A DNA stretch of 64,000 nt from Octopus vulgaris (Eukaryota). The translations under genes and the position numbers were made by a program. The notes below the pieces were generated by a model. The model made no database searches. It was not told where the DNA came from and saw only the letters and a program-made list of their open reading frames with translations. The stretch is taken from NCBI GenBank assembly GCA_951406725.2, contig OX597818.1:124620001-124684000 (forward strand). The letters are read 5' to 3'. This document shows, piece by piece, positions 40,089-53,734 of this stretch; position 1 is the stretch's first letter, and each line of letters begins with the position of its first letter.

Positions 40089-40540
40089 TGTCTTGAGCTA
40101 ACTGGATCCTATAAAGGAGCTGTTGTGGTAGCAGACCACGAAACACGGTTGAAATTCCTCCTATATCTATTCATGTATAATACCCATTTGTCTTCTCCAC
40201 TCATTATTCTTGGGATGGTCATGGGTGGGTAGAGTCCTCAGGTACCTCCTCCGTAGGATTTTATTAGAATCAACTCTCATTACACTTTCTGGTTGGATTC
40301 TTAAGTGCGACCAACTAAGACTATGGATATATTATTCAATCATCACATCCTCAGTCTACCTCGTGGTCTCCTGCCAGGAGGCTCATCTTGAATCTGTCTT
40401 GCAATTCTTTTCTGTGACAATCTAATTCCATGTCTGTAGTACCAGAGCTGTGACCACTCAATGGAGAGGAGTAGTATCTCAACCTGGAGAGACTTTCTGA
40501 TCTTCGCGCTAAGCACCTTGCTGAGTAATGTTACTCCAGT

Positions 40541-42100
40541 GGTCACTCCGAAAAGCTCTATCTGTGACGATTTCATCTCAATCGAAGGAGAGGGGCTTTC
40601 TCCGTCCGGGTTGCGGATCCGTGGAATAAGCTGCCGGACGAGATAGTGAAGATGCCAACGACTGCTCGGTTCAAAGTCTCCCTTGACCACAAATAGCCTG
40701 AACTCTTTGCATGAACACCACCCTGTACATACGAGGGACATTCAATAAGTAATGCCCCTGACCCATTTGCAGTTGTTTGATCTAGCTGAAATTTTGCACG
40801 TGCAATCATTTATATCTCTATAGAGTAAGTAACAAATTACAGCTCTGAACTACTTGTGGTTTCTGATTTACAGGTGTTTGAACTGAGTCAAGTGTGAAAT
40901 GGAGCCTGTTGAGTGTTGAGCAGTGATCCGGTTTTTGTATTTGAAAGGACGCACACCACGGGAGACTTTTGATGAAATGAAAGTAACTTATGGTGATGAT
41001 GCCCCATCATATGACCTTGTAAAATGCTGGCATCGTGAATTCAAACATGGTCAAAACTCTGTGGAAACAGCTCCCAGATCTGGTCACCCCGCTTCTGCCA
41101 TTGATGAGGCATCTGTCCGTCAAGTTGAGGCTGCCATTTTGGAAGATCGACGCATAACTATTCGCCAAATAGCCCATGAGGTCAAGATTAGTACCGGGTC
41201 TGTGGAAACTATCATTCATGACCATTTGCATATGCAAAAGGTGTCTGCTAGATGGATTCCCAGGTTGCTCACACCTTTCCAGAAGCAAGAACGCGTCGAG
41301 TGCTCGAGGATGAATTTGGAGATGTGCCAAGAAGATGAGTCAAAATTTTTCAAAAACTGATTACAAAGGATGAAACCTGGGTCCATCACGATGATCCAGA
41401 GACCAAAGCCCAGTCAATGCAGTGGAAGCACCGTGACTCACCCCCTCCAAAGAAGGCAAAGGTGCAGCCCTCCGCTGGCAAGGTCATGCTCACAGTCTTC
41501 TGGGACTAGGACGGAGTAGTGATGACAGATTTCCTGGCAAAGGGTACCACAATTACAGGAGCCTATTATGCTTCACTTTTGAGGAAATTAAGAGAAGTTA
41601 TCAAAATCAAGAGGCGGGGCAAGATCAGCAAAGGCATCCTCCTCCTGCAGGACAACGCTCCAGTCCACAACTCGCTTGTCGCCAGATCAGAAGCACAGGC
41701 GTATGGCTATGAACTCCTCCCCCATCCCCCCTACTCTCCTGACCTTGCACCCTCTGATTTTCACCTCTTCCCAGTCATGAAGTTGTTTTTGAAAGGAAAG
41801 CATTTTCCAGATGATGCAGCCTTGATTTCTGAAGTCACGTTGAGGTTGGAGGACCAAGCTGGGTTCTTCTACAAAAACGGTCTCCAGAGCCACATCAAAC
41901 GATGGGAGAAATGCGTAACTCTGGGTGGTTCCTATGTAGAAAAAGACTAATAACTGTGCCAAGTTTCGTTACTCTACTGCTATGGGAAGTGGGTCAGGGG
42001 CATTACTTATTGAACGCCCCTCGTAACTCCATGTCCCCCTACATGGCCTTGCTTTTTGCTTTTTGAGCCAAAAATTAACTTAACTTAACCTAACTTAACT
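40541..42100 (+). mobile_element. CR1-type LINE 3' end interrupted by a mariner
   Basis: Same sequence as the 3190-3605 copy (FSVRVADPWNKLPDEIV), with (AACTT)n tail at 42075-42100. Confidence 0.85.
40732..42023 (+). mobile_element. Full-length mariner with pseudogenised transposase (about 40899-41950)
   Basis: TIRs CGAGGGACATTCAATAAGTAATGCCCCTGACCCA / TGGGTCAGGGGCATTACTTATTGAACGCCCCTCG; TA duplication; WIPRLL, DETW, QDNA and HPPYSPDLAPSD motifs; stops near 40917 and 41507, frameshift near 41355. Confidence 0.96.
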
Positions 42101-42847
42101 TTGGAGGAACCCCATTTGGCCACTTATATTTGTAATCATACACTTTCAGTCATTACCCTAGTTGGACTCATGATCGTAAGATTGTGATTTTGGCTTCTGG
42201 ACTGGGCAGTGCATTGTGTTCATGAGCAAAACACTTCATTTTATATTGCTCCAGTCCACTCAGCTGGCAAAAATGAGCAATCCTGCAACAGGCCGGTGTC
42301 CTGTCCAGGCGGGGAATATATACGCCATGGAAACCAGGAAACCAGCCCTTATGAGTTGGCATGGCTCAAAAAGGTAACTTTACCTTTTTTTTTAATCATT
42401 ACTCAACATTCATGTCCATAGATGAGGATGGGCATGGAAACCAAATCAAAGACAGAGAGTTTGGCTTTTTTAACCACTTACAATATGTACTTGTAAATAA
42501 TGCACACCCATAATTATGGTCAATGGAATCTTGGAAAAAATATCTTTCATGCATAATATGCACTGACCTACCTTTAGTAATATGATATATGGGAAAAGGA
42601 GTTTAATCAGATGTATAATTGTTGTATAAAATACATTAGAAATTGTTCATGCATCCTAAACAATTATATAAAGCAAATTCATAGATGACCTTTGAACTTC
42701 AATGGTGTAAGCTATAAAAGTACACTGGCTGAAAAATCAACATTGCAGAAATCACACAATCAATTTTTTTACATTAAAAAAAAAATGTCTATTACACATG
42801 AAAATACAGTAACTGTTTGACCAAGCTTAAAATCTGAATTAACTTAC

Positions 42848-42900
42848 TTATACAGATATTCTGTCAGGAAATCTGCACAGTTAAATTTGGTTTTTTTCCT
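42848..42900 (-). CDS. IQCK: IQCK-like coding exon (53 bp): RKKTKFNCADFLTEYLY(K)
   Basis: ttcttcttttAG|AGGAAAAAAACC...CTGTATAA|GTaagt. Matches IQCK RKRTKFIACDFLTEWLY. The phase 2 end joins the G that starts the next exon. Confidence 0.92.
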
Positions 42901-43304
42901 CTAAAAGAAGAAAAGGAAGAATAAAAGTATTGTATATAAAAAAAATTAATAACTGTTAGCAAAACTGTGTTTAAATGTTTTAAGAACTATTAAGTATTTG
43001 GACTTTAATCAAGTTGTCGTTCAGGCTCAAGGGAGTGCTGAAAAGATCCTGGTTTGGGGTAAAAGAAAATACAGGAGGATCAGTTAATAATTTTATTCAA
43101 CGTATTTCCTTCTCAGAGTCACACACTTATTGCAATGGTCCTTCAGTTTTTCTAAGCCTTGTAAAAGAACTCAGAAGGTTGAATCTGCAACCAGGCCTTC
43201 TGCAACACCCTTAAAGCCTGTTTCCTTTATTTAAGATAGTAGGGTATGATTTAAGGGAGATTTAGCAGCTGGTTGAAGAACTCATAGAGGTATTATGTGT
43301 CCTG

Positions 43305-43640
43305 ATAATGATAAATATTCATATTGTTATATTTTGGAATGGTCATTTTGCCAGTTTATCCAATAAAAACACACGCACTATATATTTGGTGTTATTTTGC
43401 TTCAGTGTTATTTATTTTTTACATTAATCTTAATCTTATTTCGGCCAGAGTTCTTTCGTCACACTCCTGTGACCGCATCAGTGGTCCTTTGTTTTCTTCT
43501 TTCTTATTTGTGTCTCTCCTTACTAACCGTCAGCCATTTTGTATTTCATTTATGATAAAAATATGTTCTAAAGACTACCGTGGATCTCTAAAGCTTTGTT
43601 GTATTTCAAAGACCACAGTAGGTTTCTAAGGCTGCATCGT
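43305..43640 (-). mobile_element. Small element with hammerhead variant (CUGAUGC core)
   Basis: Minus strand: GGACCA-CTGATGC-G-GTCAC aggagt GTGAC-GAAA-GAAC-TC-TGGCC at 43487-43443. Boundaries approximate. Confidence 0.55.
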
Positions 43641-44532
43641 ATTTCTAAGACACACAGCTAGATGCCCTTCCTAACACCAACCACCTTATAAAGTCAGCTG
43701 AATGCTTTTTACATGGCACCAACACCAGTGAGGTCTGTTTTGGCATGTAAAAGCCCTGCCAAAACAGTGAAGCCTGGTGCAGTTTTCTGCCTAGTCAACT
43801 CCTGTCAAACTATCCAACCCATGCCAGCATGGAAAACAGACATTAAATGATAATGATTATGATGATGATGATGCTGTCTTAGGTTACAGCCTGTTTGTAA
43901 GCCAGCTTAATATTAAATATAGCAATTTGGCTGTATGACTTTTCAATCCTCACAGCCCCATCTTTTTATAAGAAACACTATCCGTGCCGGTGGCACGTAA
44001 AAAGCACCATCCGTCCGTGGCCGTTTGCCAGCCCCGTCTGGCACCTGTGCGGGTGGCATGTAAAAAGCACCCACTACACTCACGGAGTGGTTGGCGTTAG
44101 GAAGGGCATCCAGCCGTAGAAACACTGCTAGATCAGACTGAGCCTGGTACAGCCTTCAGGCTTCCCAGACCCCAGTTGAACCGTCCAACCCATGCTAGCA
44201 TGGAAAGCGGACGCTAAATGATGATAATGATGATGATGACTAAAGCCAACTGTCTCAAACCAACTGACTCATAAGGTAGGGGATTGTCCATATTTTCATG
44301 GCATTTAGGCTGAGAGTGCAGGACCTCCCATTGATGGGATGCCAGTCTATCATAGATTTAACCTCCAGGGGCAATTAGCATTCGTTTTTAGTTGAGTGCA
44401 AAGGAACAATATAAAATGAAGTGCTTTGCTCAGAGACACATCACACTGCCTGACCCAACGATTGAGCCAATGAACTAATGACTGTGATCCTAACACCTTC
44501 ACATGAGAAACACTGCTCTCAGATATTATCAC

Positions 44533-44752
44533 CCCTTTAGCATTCTGATTACTCAGTCAAATGTAATGCTTATTTATTCACATTGTTTTCAATTAATCAC
44601 ACATTATCTCCTGGCTTCAAGATATCAATAATGTGACTGCTTATTTTTAGAAAGACATTGCCAGACAGGCTTGAGCGACCAAATCTGATCAAGTTAAACA
44701 TAAAACAAAGACAATATTTGAGCCAGATATGGCAGGTTTAAACGCCAATGGG
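44533..44752. mobile_element. piggyBac-type MITE (other copies: 20459-21062, and 7976-10727 split by the RTE LINE)
   Basis: Ends CCCTTTAGCATT / AACGCCAATGGG-TTAA; the body aligns among the three copies. Confidence 0.75.
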
Positions 44753-44809
44753 TTAATTGTGCACCCATTGTTAGATAAAATCCAATCCACTGTTGTTTGC
44801 ATCTATAAA

Positions 44810-45062
44810 GGTAAAGTTACCTTCTGAAGTCATGTTGATTCATGAGGGCCAGTTTCCCAGTTCCGTGGCATACAAATTGCCCACCTGTACAGGACACCAG
44901 TCCATCACAGGTGTACTTATTTGTGCCAGCTGAATGGACTGGAGTAACATGAAATGAAGTGTTTTGCTCAAGAATACAACACATTGCCCAGTCCAGGAAT
45001 CGAAACTATAATCTTAAGATCATGAGTCCAACACCCTAACCACTAAGCCACACACCTCCACT
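44810..45062 (-). mobile_element. tRNA-derived SINE family 4 (V-domain-like CCTGTGATGGACTGGTGTCCTGT)
   Basis: A and B boxes at the right end. Related copies at 21612-21735, 42155-42390, 48310-48705(-) and 62205-62480(-). Confidence 0.7.
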
Positions 45063-45083
45063 GTTTACATTTATGGTCTAATG

Positions 45084-45302
45084 CAGTGCTTTTCAAACTT
45101 TTTGCTGGAGCGGAACCCCAAGGAAACATTCCACTGGCTCGAGGAACCCCTGTGCAATAATTTAATAGTCTTGTGCACACATATCTGCACAGGAGAATTA
45201 AAAATTACTGCCGATTTTAGCAGTTTTGTAACATCTTGCGGAACCCCTGGACTGTACTGGCAGAACCCTAAGGTTCCACGGAACCCTGGTTGAAAACCAC
45301 TG
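45084..45302. mobile_element. hAT (Charlie-type) MITE
   Basis: Ends CAGTGCTTTTCAA / TTGAAAACCACTG; perfect 8-bp TSD GTCTAATG. Confidence 0.92.
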
Positions 45303-46428
45303 GTCTAATGAGACCCACACTATGATGTGATTTGATCATTACAGAATGAAATGCTTATATAGGATACAATATACAATGATTATATAGGATTTAGTATGTT
45401 GTGATATCCATGTGTCTCATTCTATAACACCGATATCAGGAAAAAAGTGAATATATATTAAACAAGACACTACTTTATTTGAAGAAACATAGACAGTAGA
45501 GGTTTGGATATTTGCGATTAGTTGTATGAAACGATATACAATTAGTTATTTTACGAATGTAGATGAGCCACCAATCAACAGAGCAACAGATGTTATAATG
45601 ATCATATTAATTATAATGAAATTATTAGAGCGCTACTAATGATCTATTAACAATGTTGTCAATGTATCTAATGTCATATGAATTAGACAGGCCAGATTAA
45701 CAGTGTCCGAGTTTGTATACACTATTAAAAGCTATAAGTTGTTATTTTTTCTCTGGACAGAAGATGGATAATCTTTCTCGGATGACTAGAAACTAAGTTG
45801 GATTGAGCCCATTTTTTTTCTGCCCACGAAAATATAAAAAAAAAAAAGAAAAACATGGAGTAAACATGTTGTGGTTATTTTTCACAATCAGGCTAAAAAT
45901 ATATTTTTACCAAAAAAAAAAAAAAAAATGTACACCTTTCATTACATCATAAATTATCCAAAAACACTGTAATACATTAATTAATTGATTTATCATGTTG
46001 TCAAACCAGTTGAACTATGTCCTATTAGTATACATGTGTCATCATCATCATCATCATCATTTTAATGTTCATCCCCCCTTTACCATGCTTGCATGGGGCT
46101 GATAGAATTTTTTGAAGCAGATATTCAATGGCTAGATGGCCCTCTTGTCACCAGCCCTCACCTGTTTCCAAGCAAGGTAATATTTCATCACGACCAGATG
46201 TATTTTCAAGGAAGATTGGAAGTGGATACCACTTCTATGACAATGACACTCATTTTACAACTAACATGCAATGCCAAGGCAAGACTCTAAATACTTATAA
46301 ACTAATGATGTTTCTGTGAACAAAAGACGGACAGTGTTTCTCTGATGAAGGTCTAAGAAGAACAAAAACTAGTCTAGTTGTTTCCACAAAACTTAGTCTT
46401 ATATCTAATGTTATACAGTTGTACCTAA

Positions 46429-46813
46429 TGGAGGCGCAATGGCCCAGTGGTTAGGGCAGCGGACACACGGTCATAGGATCGCGGTTTCGATTCCCAGACC
46501 TGGCATTGTGAGTGTTTATTGAGCGAAAATACCTAAAGCTCCACGAGGCTCCGGCAGGGGATGGTGGTGATCCCTGCTGTACTCTTTCACCACAACTTTC
46601 TCTCACTCTTACTTCCTGTTTCTGTTGTACCTGTATTTCAAAGGGCCGGCCTTGTCACTCTCTGTGTCACGCTGAATATCCCCGAGAACTATGTTAAGGG
46701 TACACGTTTCTGTGGAGTGCTCAGCCACTTACACGTTAATTTCACGAGCAGGCTGTTCCGTTGATTCGGATCAACCGGAACCCTCGTCGTCATAACCGAC
46801 GGAGTGCTTCCCA
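46429..46813 (+). mobile_element. tRNA-derived SINE family 1
   Basis: Near-identical copy; TSD TGTACCTAATG. Confidence 0.92.
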
Positions 46814-47833
46814 TGTACCTAATGTTATACAATTCCTTAAGAATGCTGAAAGTGAATCTCAGTTTAACAAAATCTCAGTTTAAAAACACTTGAGTATTAC
46901 ATAGGTTTCTACCATTTCAGTTAAGTTACAGCAGGGAGGCACATTACCCTTCGGTTCCTCCTGAGAACAACAAAACAAGTACCAGTAGTCCACTAATTTA
47001 ATTCAATTGGCTACATCTCTTTCTCCCTAATAAAAACTGGCCCAGTGCCTAGTCAAAAATCAATCGATATTTAATAACTTCCTGGTAGGTTAGCAAAATC
47101 AATACCAATTCAGGCTATTGTCAGGGAAAATAAAATAAAAAAAAATTAAACTGGAAAATAAGTAAATGTAAAATAGAAATAAAATAACTGGAATATTCTT
47201 CTATATTCTTCTCACGTGGTATCGTGGAAAGACAAAAACAAAAAATTGGTGTGAATAATTATTGTGATGTTAATATTTAACTTGTGTGAGGTGGAGGAGG
47301 GATGCTGGAGATGATGGAGATGATACAGCAAACATTGGTCGAACGCCAAGTCCAAGGAAATCAATACAACTGATGCAATCGCAGTGGAGATAACGGAGAG
47401 AACTGAGTGTCAAACTACATGCATTGCAGTATTTAGTTTTGCCCCTCTGTGTTTCAGGTTCAAATCCTGCTGAGTTTAGGGAGTTAATTTCAGCTGATTG
47501 TAGCTCCACCCTTTCAGGTACTATAAAAAAATTTGGTCATGTGGAAAATTGAAAGCTGTCAATATCTGATGAGGGCAAATGCAGTAGGGATAGCTGTGAT
47601 GGCATAATGACCCATATCAAATGCAATACAGTATTAAATTTATTCTTTTACTTGTTTCAGTCCTTGAATTGTGACCATGCCAGGGCACCGCCTCGAAGAG
47701 GTTTTTGTTGAATGAATCAATCACAATATTTTTAAAACTTGGTACTTACTCAATCAATCTCTTTTTGCCAAACTGCTAATTTATGGGGAGGTAAACACAC
47801 CAACACTGGTTGTCAAGCAGTGGTGGGGAACAA

Positions 47834-47898
<65 letters not shown>

Positions 47899-50800
47899 CA
47901 CATACGCACACATACACATATGCACACACACACATACACACACATAACAGGCTTCTTTCAGTTTCCATCTACCAAATCCACTCACAAGGCTTTGGTCATC
48001 CTGAGGCTATAATAGAGACACTTGCACAAAGTGCCATACAGTGGGACTGAACCCAGAACCATGTGGTTGGGAAGCAAACTTCTTACTACACAGCTAAGGT
48101 GGCTAACTGGCAAAGTAATTAGAGTGCATTGTACAAAATACCTTGTGGTGTTTATTCTGGGTCTTTGCATTCTGAGTTCAAATCCCACCCCCAGTCTACC
48201 TTGTAACTCATCCACTCAGGGTCAATAAAATAAAGTACTCTTCTAAGCTGGTGAGTCTAGTAACATTGTTAAAACATTGGATGGGATGGTTGGTTCACAC
48301 TACTCCGTAGGGGGAATAGGGCCGGTTTCCTGGTTTCCCTGGCATATATATATTTCTCCCTGGACAGGATGCTAGTCCATCACGGGATTACTCATTTTTG
48401 CCAGCAGAGTGGACTGGAGCAATGTGAAATGAAGTGTTTTGCTTAAGAACACAATGCATTGGCCTGTCCAGGAATCGAAACCACATTCTTACAATCATGG
48501 GTCAAATACCTATTTCTTTATTACCCACAAGGGGCTAAACATAGAGGGGGACAAACAAAGACAGACATAGGTATTAAGTCGATTACATCGACCCCAGTGC
48601 GTAACTGGTACTTAATTTATCGACCCCGAAAGGATGAAAGGCAACGTCGACCTCGGCGGAATTCGAACTCAGAACGTACTGACCACTAAACCATGCATCT
48701 TCACTTTGGATGGGATGCTTTGTGGTATTTGTTCTGTCTCTTTGAGTTCTGAGTTCAAATCCCACCGTGAACTACTTGGGTGGTAAGCTTAATCCACCAC
48801 CCAGCTTAACACCTGGACTTTGGGGACCTTTAACAATGTCCATCTACTCTGTTGCAATTATTCAGGTCAGACCCTGGTTTAAGGATAACTACTCCCTCCC
48901 TCTCCATCTCTTGCACCCTTCTTCTCTGTTTCTCTCCCTAACTGCTCTCCCTGCCTTTCTTTCCCTACCTCTCTCCCTCTCTTTTTCTTTCTCTCCCTCA
49001 CTCCCCTACCTCTCTCTCACTTTCTCCCCCTCACTTTCTCTCACCCTCCTTAGCTTTATCTCTCCCTCCCTCCTTCTCTCTCTCTCTTTCTCCCTCCTCT
49101 CCCTCTCTTGCCCACTCTTCCTTTCTTACCTGCTTTCCCTCTCTTCTTACCTTTTTCTTTCCCTACCTCTCTCCCTACCTCCTCTCTATTTCCCCCTCCT
49201 CTCTTTCCTTTTCTCCCTCCCTCTCTCCCCTTCTCTCTCTTGCCCTCTCTCCCGCCTCCCTTCTCTCTTTAGAGCCCTGAGAAGGGATACTGTTCTTCCT
49301 CAAGGACACTGCTCTTCCTCCTGACAAAGTAATAAAAACAATCTCCTCGCCTACATATTTATGAGTTTAAACTCTGCCAAAGTCAAGATTTGAACTCACG
49401 TACCAGAATGACAACCTTTATCTGTCATTTCAATATATTTTCACTCCAAGGTTAATTGAATCAATTACATGCCTCCTTTCATAAAAAAATTTAAAAAATT
49501 AAAAAATTAAAAAATAAAAAATTAAAAAAATAAAAAAATTGGCTCCATGCCTAGTTAAGGGATATCAATAATTAAACTGATACTGTAAATGGCTATAACA
49601 TACAGCACCAAGCTAACAACTACCAGTGGGGGGGGGGTAGCTCTACTTTTCACCCCCTCCAGGGGTAAAGTGAAAGAGCTTCAATGAAACAAGTGACAGG
49701 AGTATACAGGAAGTTAATACAAACAAACTGTTATCTTCTCCTCCCTCTCTACAAAATTTGGCTGAGTGTCTTGTCCAGTGCGATCAATAGTTAATTGCAT
49801 GATATGAGCCAATTTAAGGTATCGAAGGTATTCATAATGTCATAAATATTTACTTTACTCCCCGCTAGCTTCCCTTAAAAGAGAAGGGCAATTAGTGAGA
49901 TAATAATATTTATTACATGCAAGGTACTGCCATCATCATCATCATCATCATCATCCAGTGTTTTAAATCTGGGTTTTGTCCCCGTTAACGGGGGGTGGCC
50001 AGATCTACCTCAATGCCATAGCAACCAAGGTAGGCAGGTGCAGCCAACCCCAACCTTTGGGCTGGTTGGCTGGTTGGCTGGTGCCCATTTTCCTTTGCTA
50101 TCATGAGGCTTTTTTGGAGATGGATTTTCTACAGTGAGCATGCCCTTGTTTACCCCCCAACCTCAGTTTCTAGACATGAGTGGTCCCCGAGACTAAGGCC
50201 TCTACCGTGATTTTTAAGAAATGTGGTGGAAAACTAGCTCAGGAAGGCAGGGACGCTACTGCCTGAGATCCCTTTCGGTGGTAGAAATTTCACAACACCA
50301 ATATATATGAATGCCTTTTAGTAATTAGTTCCATTTTTTAAGGTGGTGAGCTGGTAGAACCAATAGCACACCAGGCAAAATGTTTAACAGCATTTTGTCT
50401 GTCCTTATGTTCTGAGTTCAGATTCCACTGAGGTTGACTTCGCCTTTCATCCTTTCAGGGTCAATAAAAATAAGTACCAGTCAAGCACTGGGGGTCAATG
50501 TAATTGACTTCCCCCACTCCTTTGAAATTGCTGGCCTTGTACCAAAATTTGAAATCAATATTCAGTTCCATTTTAAGGCAGTGGGCTGACAGAATCATTG
50601 GCATGTTCGGAAAAATGCTTTGTGGTGTTTTGTTCATTTTTACATTCTGAGTTCAAATTCCACCGTGGTCAACTTTACCTTTCACCTTTTTGGGGTCAAT
50701 AAAATAAGTACCAGTTGCATATTGGGGTTGATGTAATCAACTTACCCCTCCCCCAAAACTGCTGGCCTTGTGCCAAAATTCATAACCAATATTTAGTTCT

Positions 50801-51174
50801 GTTTCTCTATATTTGAGTTCAAACAACTCATCTCAGATTTTAAACATTAAAAGAAAGAAATAGAACATCCTGTGTTATCCTAGGTTAAACCTTAATGTAA
50901 TTGATGGGCTAATTACGGTTTTAGACTGAAATCCTTTGCAGCTACATATACTTATAAGGTGGCAAACTGGGAGAATCATTAGCATGCCAGGCTAAATGCT
51001 TAGTGGCATTTCATTCATCTTTACATTCTGAGTTCAAATTCCGCTGAGGTCGGTTTTGCCTTTCATCATTTCAGGATCAATAAAATAAGAACCAGCTGAG
51101 CCCTAGGGTCAATGTAAGTGACTTACCCATCTCCCATGACTGCTGGCCTTGTGCCAAGAATTGAAATCAATTAC

Positions 51175-51212
<38 letters not shown>

Positions 51213-51947
51213 GGATGGATGGATGGATGGATGGACGGATGGACGGATAGATAGATAGATAGATAGATACATACATACATACATACATACATACATACAT
51301 ACATACATACATACATACATTCATTCATTCATATATAGGTGCAGACATAGAGGTTAAAAAGCTCATTTCCCAATCACATGGTTTCAGGTTCAGTCCCACT
51401 GCATGGCAACTTGGACATGTGTCTTCTACAATAGCCCCATATTGACCAAAGCTTTGTGAGTGGATTTGGTAGACAGACAGACAGAATGGAGTCAAGTGTG
51501 GGTGTTTGAGTGTGTGTTGAGTTGTGTGTGTGTGTGTGTTGAGTAGTGTGTTAGCATGCTTGACACATTACTCGAGACTTTTAGGCTAGCTAACTGGTTC
51601 CACATTAGACTCTTGTCTCACACTCTGTGAATTCAAACATCACATCAGAACGTAGGTTGAAGTGCAGATTCTGTCACATCACATGAGAAGAAATGCAGAA
51701 AATGTTGTTGGTATTCTAATGCTTCAGTAAGCCAGTAGCTCATTTTCTTAGTATTTTGGCATGAGGAAATGAGTCACCAGTCTATCAAAACATTTGCATA
51801 TTACAGCATAAAAATAGACATAATGTTTTCTGCATTTACATATATAATAGCAAAAAAAACTTTAATGTATAACCATGTCTAGTCATTAATTTCATGCTAA
51901 AAGCCATTTCACCTCATTCAAAATATAAATTTAAAAAGTGTTTATGG

Positions 51948-51980
<33 letters not shown>

Positions 51981-52467
51981 GCTGCCACCACCACCACCAC
52001 CACTACCATCACCACCACCATTACCACCACCACCACCATCACCACCATCGTCCTCATTATTTAGTATCCATTTTCCATGCTGGCATGGGTTAGGCACTAT
52101 GACTGGAACTTGTAAGCCAGCCAGCTCTACCAGGCTTCAGCTGGATTCCCTTCCTAATGCCAACCACTTTACAGACTGTAGTGTTTGCCCTTTATGTATC
52201 ACTGGCATGGATGCCTTTTGATGCATCACTATCACTGGCCACAACCACAATTTCACTTGACTTGATGTGTCTTCTCAAGCATAGAAAATCACCAATGGTC
52301 CCAGTCACTTGTCATTGCCACCATTTGACCCAACATCCAAAGATCATACTTCACCCCCTCATCCCATGTCTTTTTGGGTTTACCTCATCCACAGGTTCCT
52401 TCCACAGTTAAAGATTGGCACTTCTTTACGCTGCTGTCCTCATCCATATGCATCACATGACCATACC

Positions 52468-52884
52468 TATTTCTTTACTACCCACAAGGGCCTAAACACA
52501 GGGAGGACAAACAAGGTCAGACAAACGGATTAAGTTGATCATATCGACACCAGTGCGTAACTGGTACTTATTTAATCGACCCCGAAAGGATGAAAGGCAA
52601 AGTCGACCTCGGCGGAATTTGAACTCAGAACGTAGGGGCAGACGAAATACCTATTTCTTTACTACCCACAAGGGGCTAAACACAGAGGGGACAAACAAGG
52701 ACAGACAAACGGATTAAGTCGATTATATCAACCCCAGTGCGTAACTGGTACTTAATTTATCGACCCCGAAAGGATGAAAGGCAAAGTCGACCTCGGCGGA
52801 ATTTGAACTCAGAACATAGTGGCAGACGAAATACCGCTAAGCATTTCGCCCGGCATGCTAACGTTTCTGCCAGCTCACCGCCTT
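52468..52884 (-). mobile_element. SINE family 2, tandem dimer, inserted in an RTE fragment (51950-52970)
   Basis: TSD TCACATGACCATACC (52453-52467 / 52885-52899). Confidence 0.9.
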
Positions 52885-52989
52885 TCACATGACCATACCA
52901 GTGCAGTCTTCTCTCTTGCGTGCGACATCTGATGCCTCTTACATCCAATTTTTCTCTCAAGACACTTAAAAAGAAGACAGATAACATAC

Positions 52990-53087
52990 CACAAAGCAGT
53001 TTTCTATTTTGGCCTGTCTCAAAACTTCTGTCAACGCAGGAACCAACAGTGGGAATATATAATACTGCAGATAATCACTTGGTTCAC
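52990..53087 (-). CDS. IQCK: IQCK-like coding exon (98 bp): xEPSDYLQYYIFPLLVPALTEVLRQAKIENCFV
   Basis: Minus strand reads atcatgcttacAG|GTGAACCA...TGCTTTGTG|GTatgt. The peptide resembles the IQCK segment SPKEYLETFIFPVLLPGMASLLHQAKKEKCFE (recalled). It ends in phase 0, in frame with the next exon. Confidence 0.9.
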
Positions 53088-53734
53088 CTGTAAGCATGAT
53101 AAAAACAAAAACAGTCGTGGTTCAAGAAAAATAAAATAATTATCAAAACATCACAATAGCTGGGAGCTTAAGATGCTGGATTATAGGATACATAACTTAT
53201 AAGTTGCTGTTTCTATTGAATCTCATTACGAACAATCCTTGTGCACTTAATGTCTATCACTTTCTCTGACTTCCATTACATTTACCTCTGTCATCTTATT
53301 GCTCCTATCGCTTTAGTTCTCTTTCACTACTCCCCACTCTCTCTCTCTCTCTTGTTGTTGTTGTTGTTGTTAAGTTCCTGGTCAACCCTGATTGAGAAGA
53401 GCATACCTAAGGGGAAAGGTATAAAGCAATTACAAGAGTCACCACTCCTTTTTATGGTTATGTAGGGCTACGTTATCATGTGTACTCCATTCTTTATGTC
53501 AAATGGTGATAGAGTGTGATTTAGGGAAAAATTTGCCTGCTATTTCTAGCAGACTGAGTGAGCTTGTAAAGTATCCTTTATTGGCTCAATATTGACTTAA
53601 GTTTAAAAGCTTGCTGTCACAGTCATTCTAGTTTTACCATGAGATTATATAAATAAATATCATTTGTTCAGACTATATGAATACCACAAGTTCCACTCCT
53701 ATTTATCAGCTGAATAGTTATAAGGGCTGCCTAT

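Noticed and set aside
40899-41950. Active or domesticated transposase
   Set aside because: In-frame stops and a frameshift; TIRs still present.
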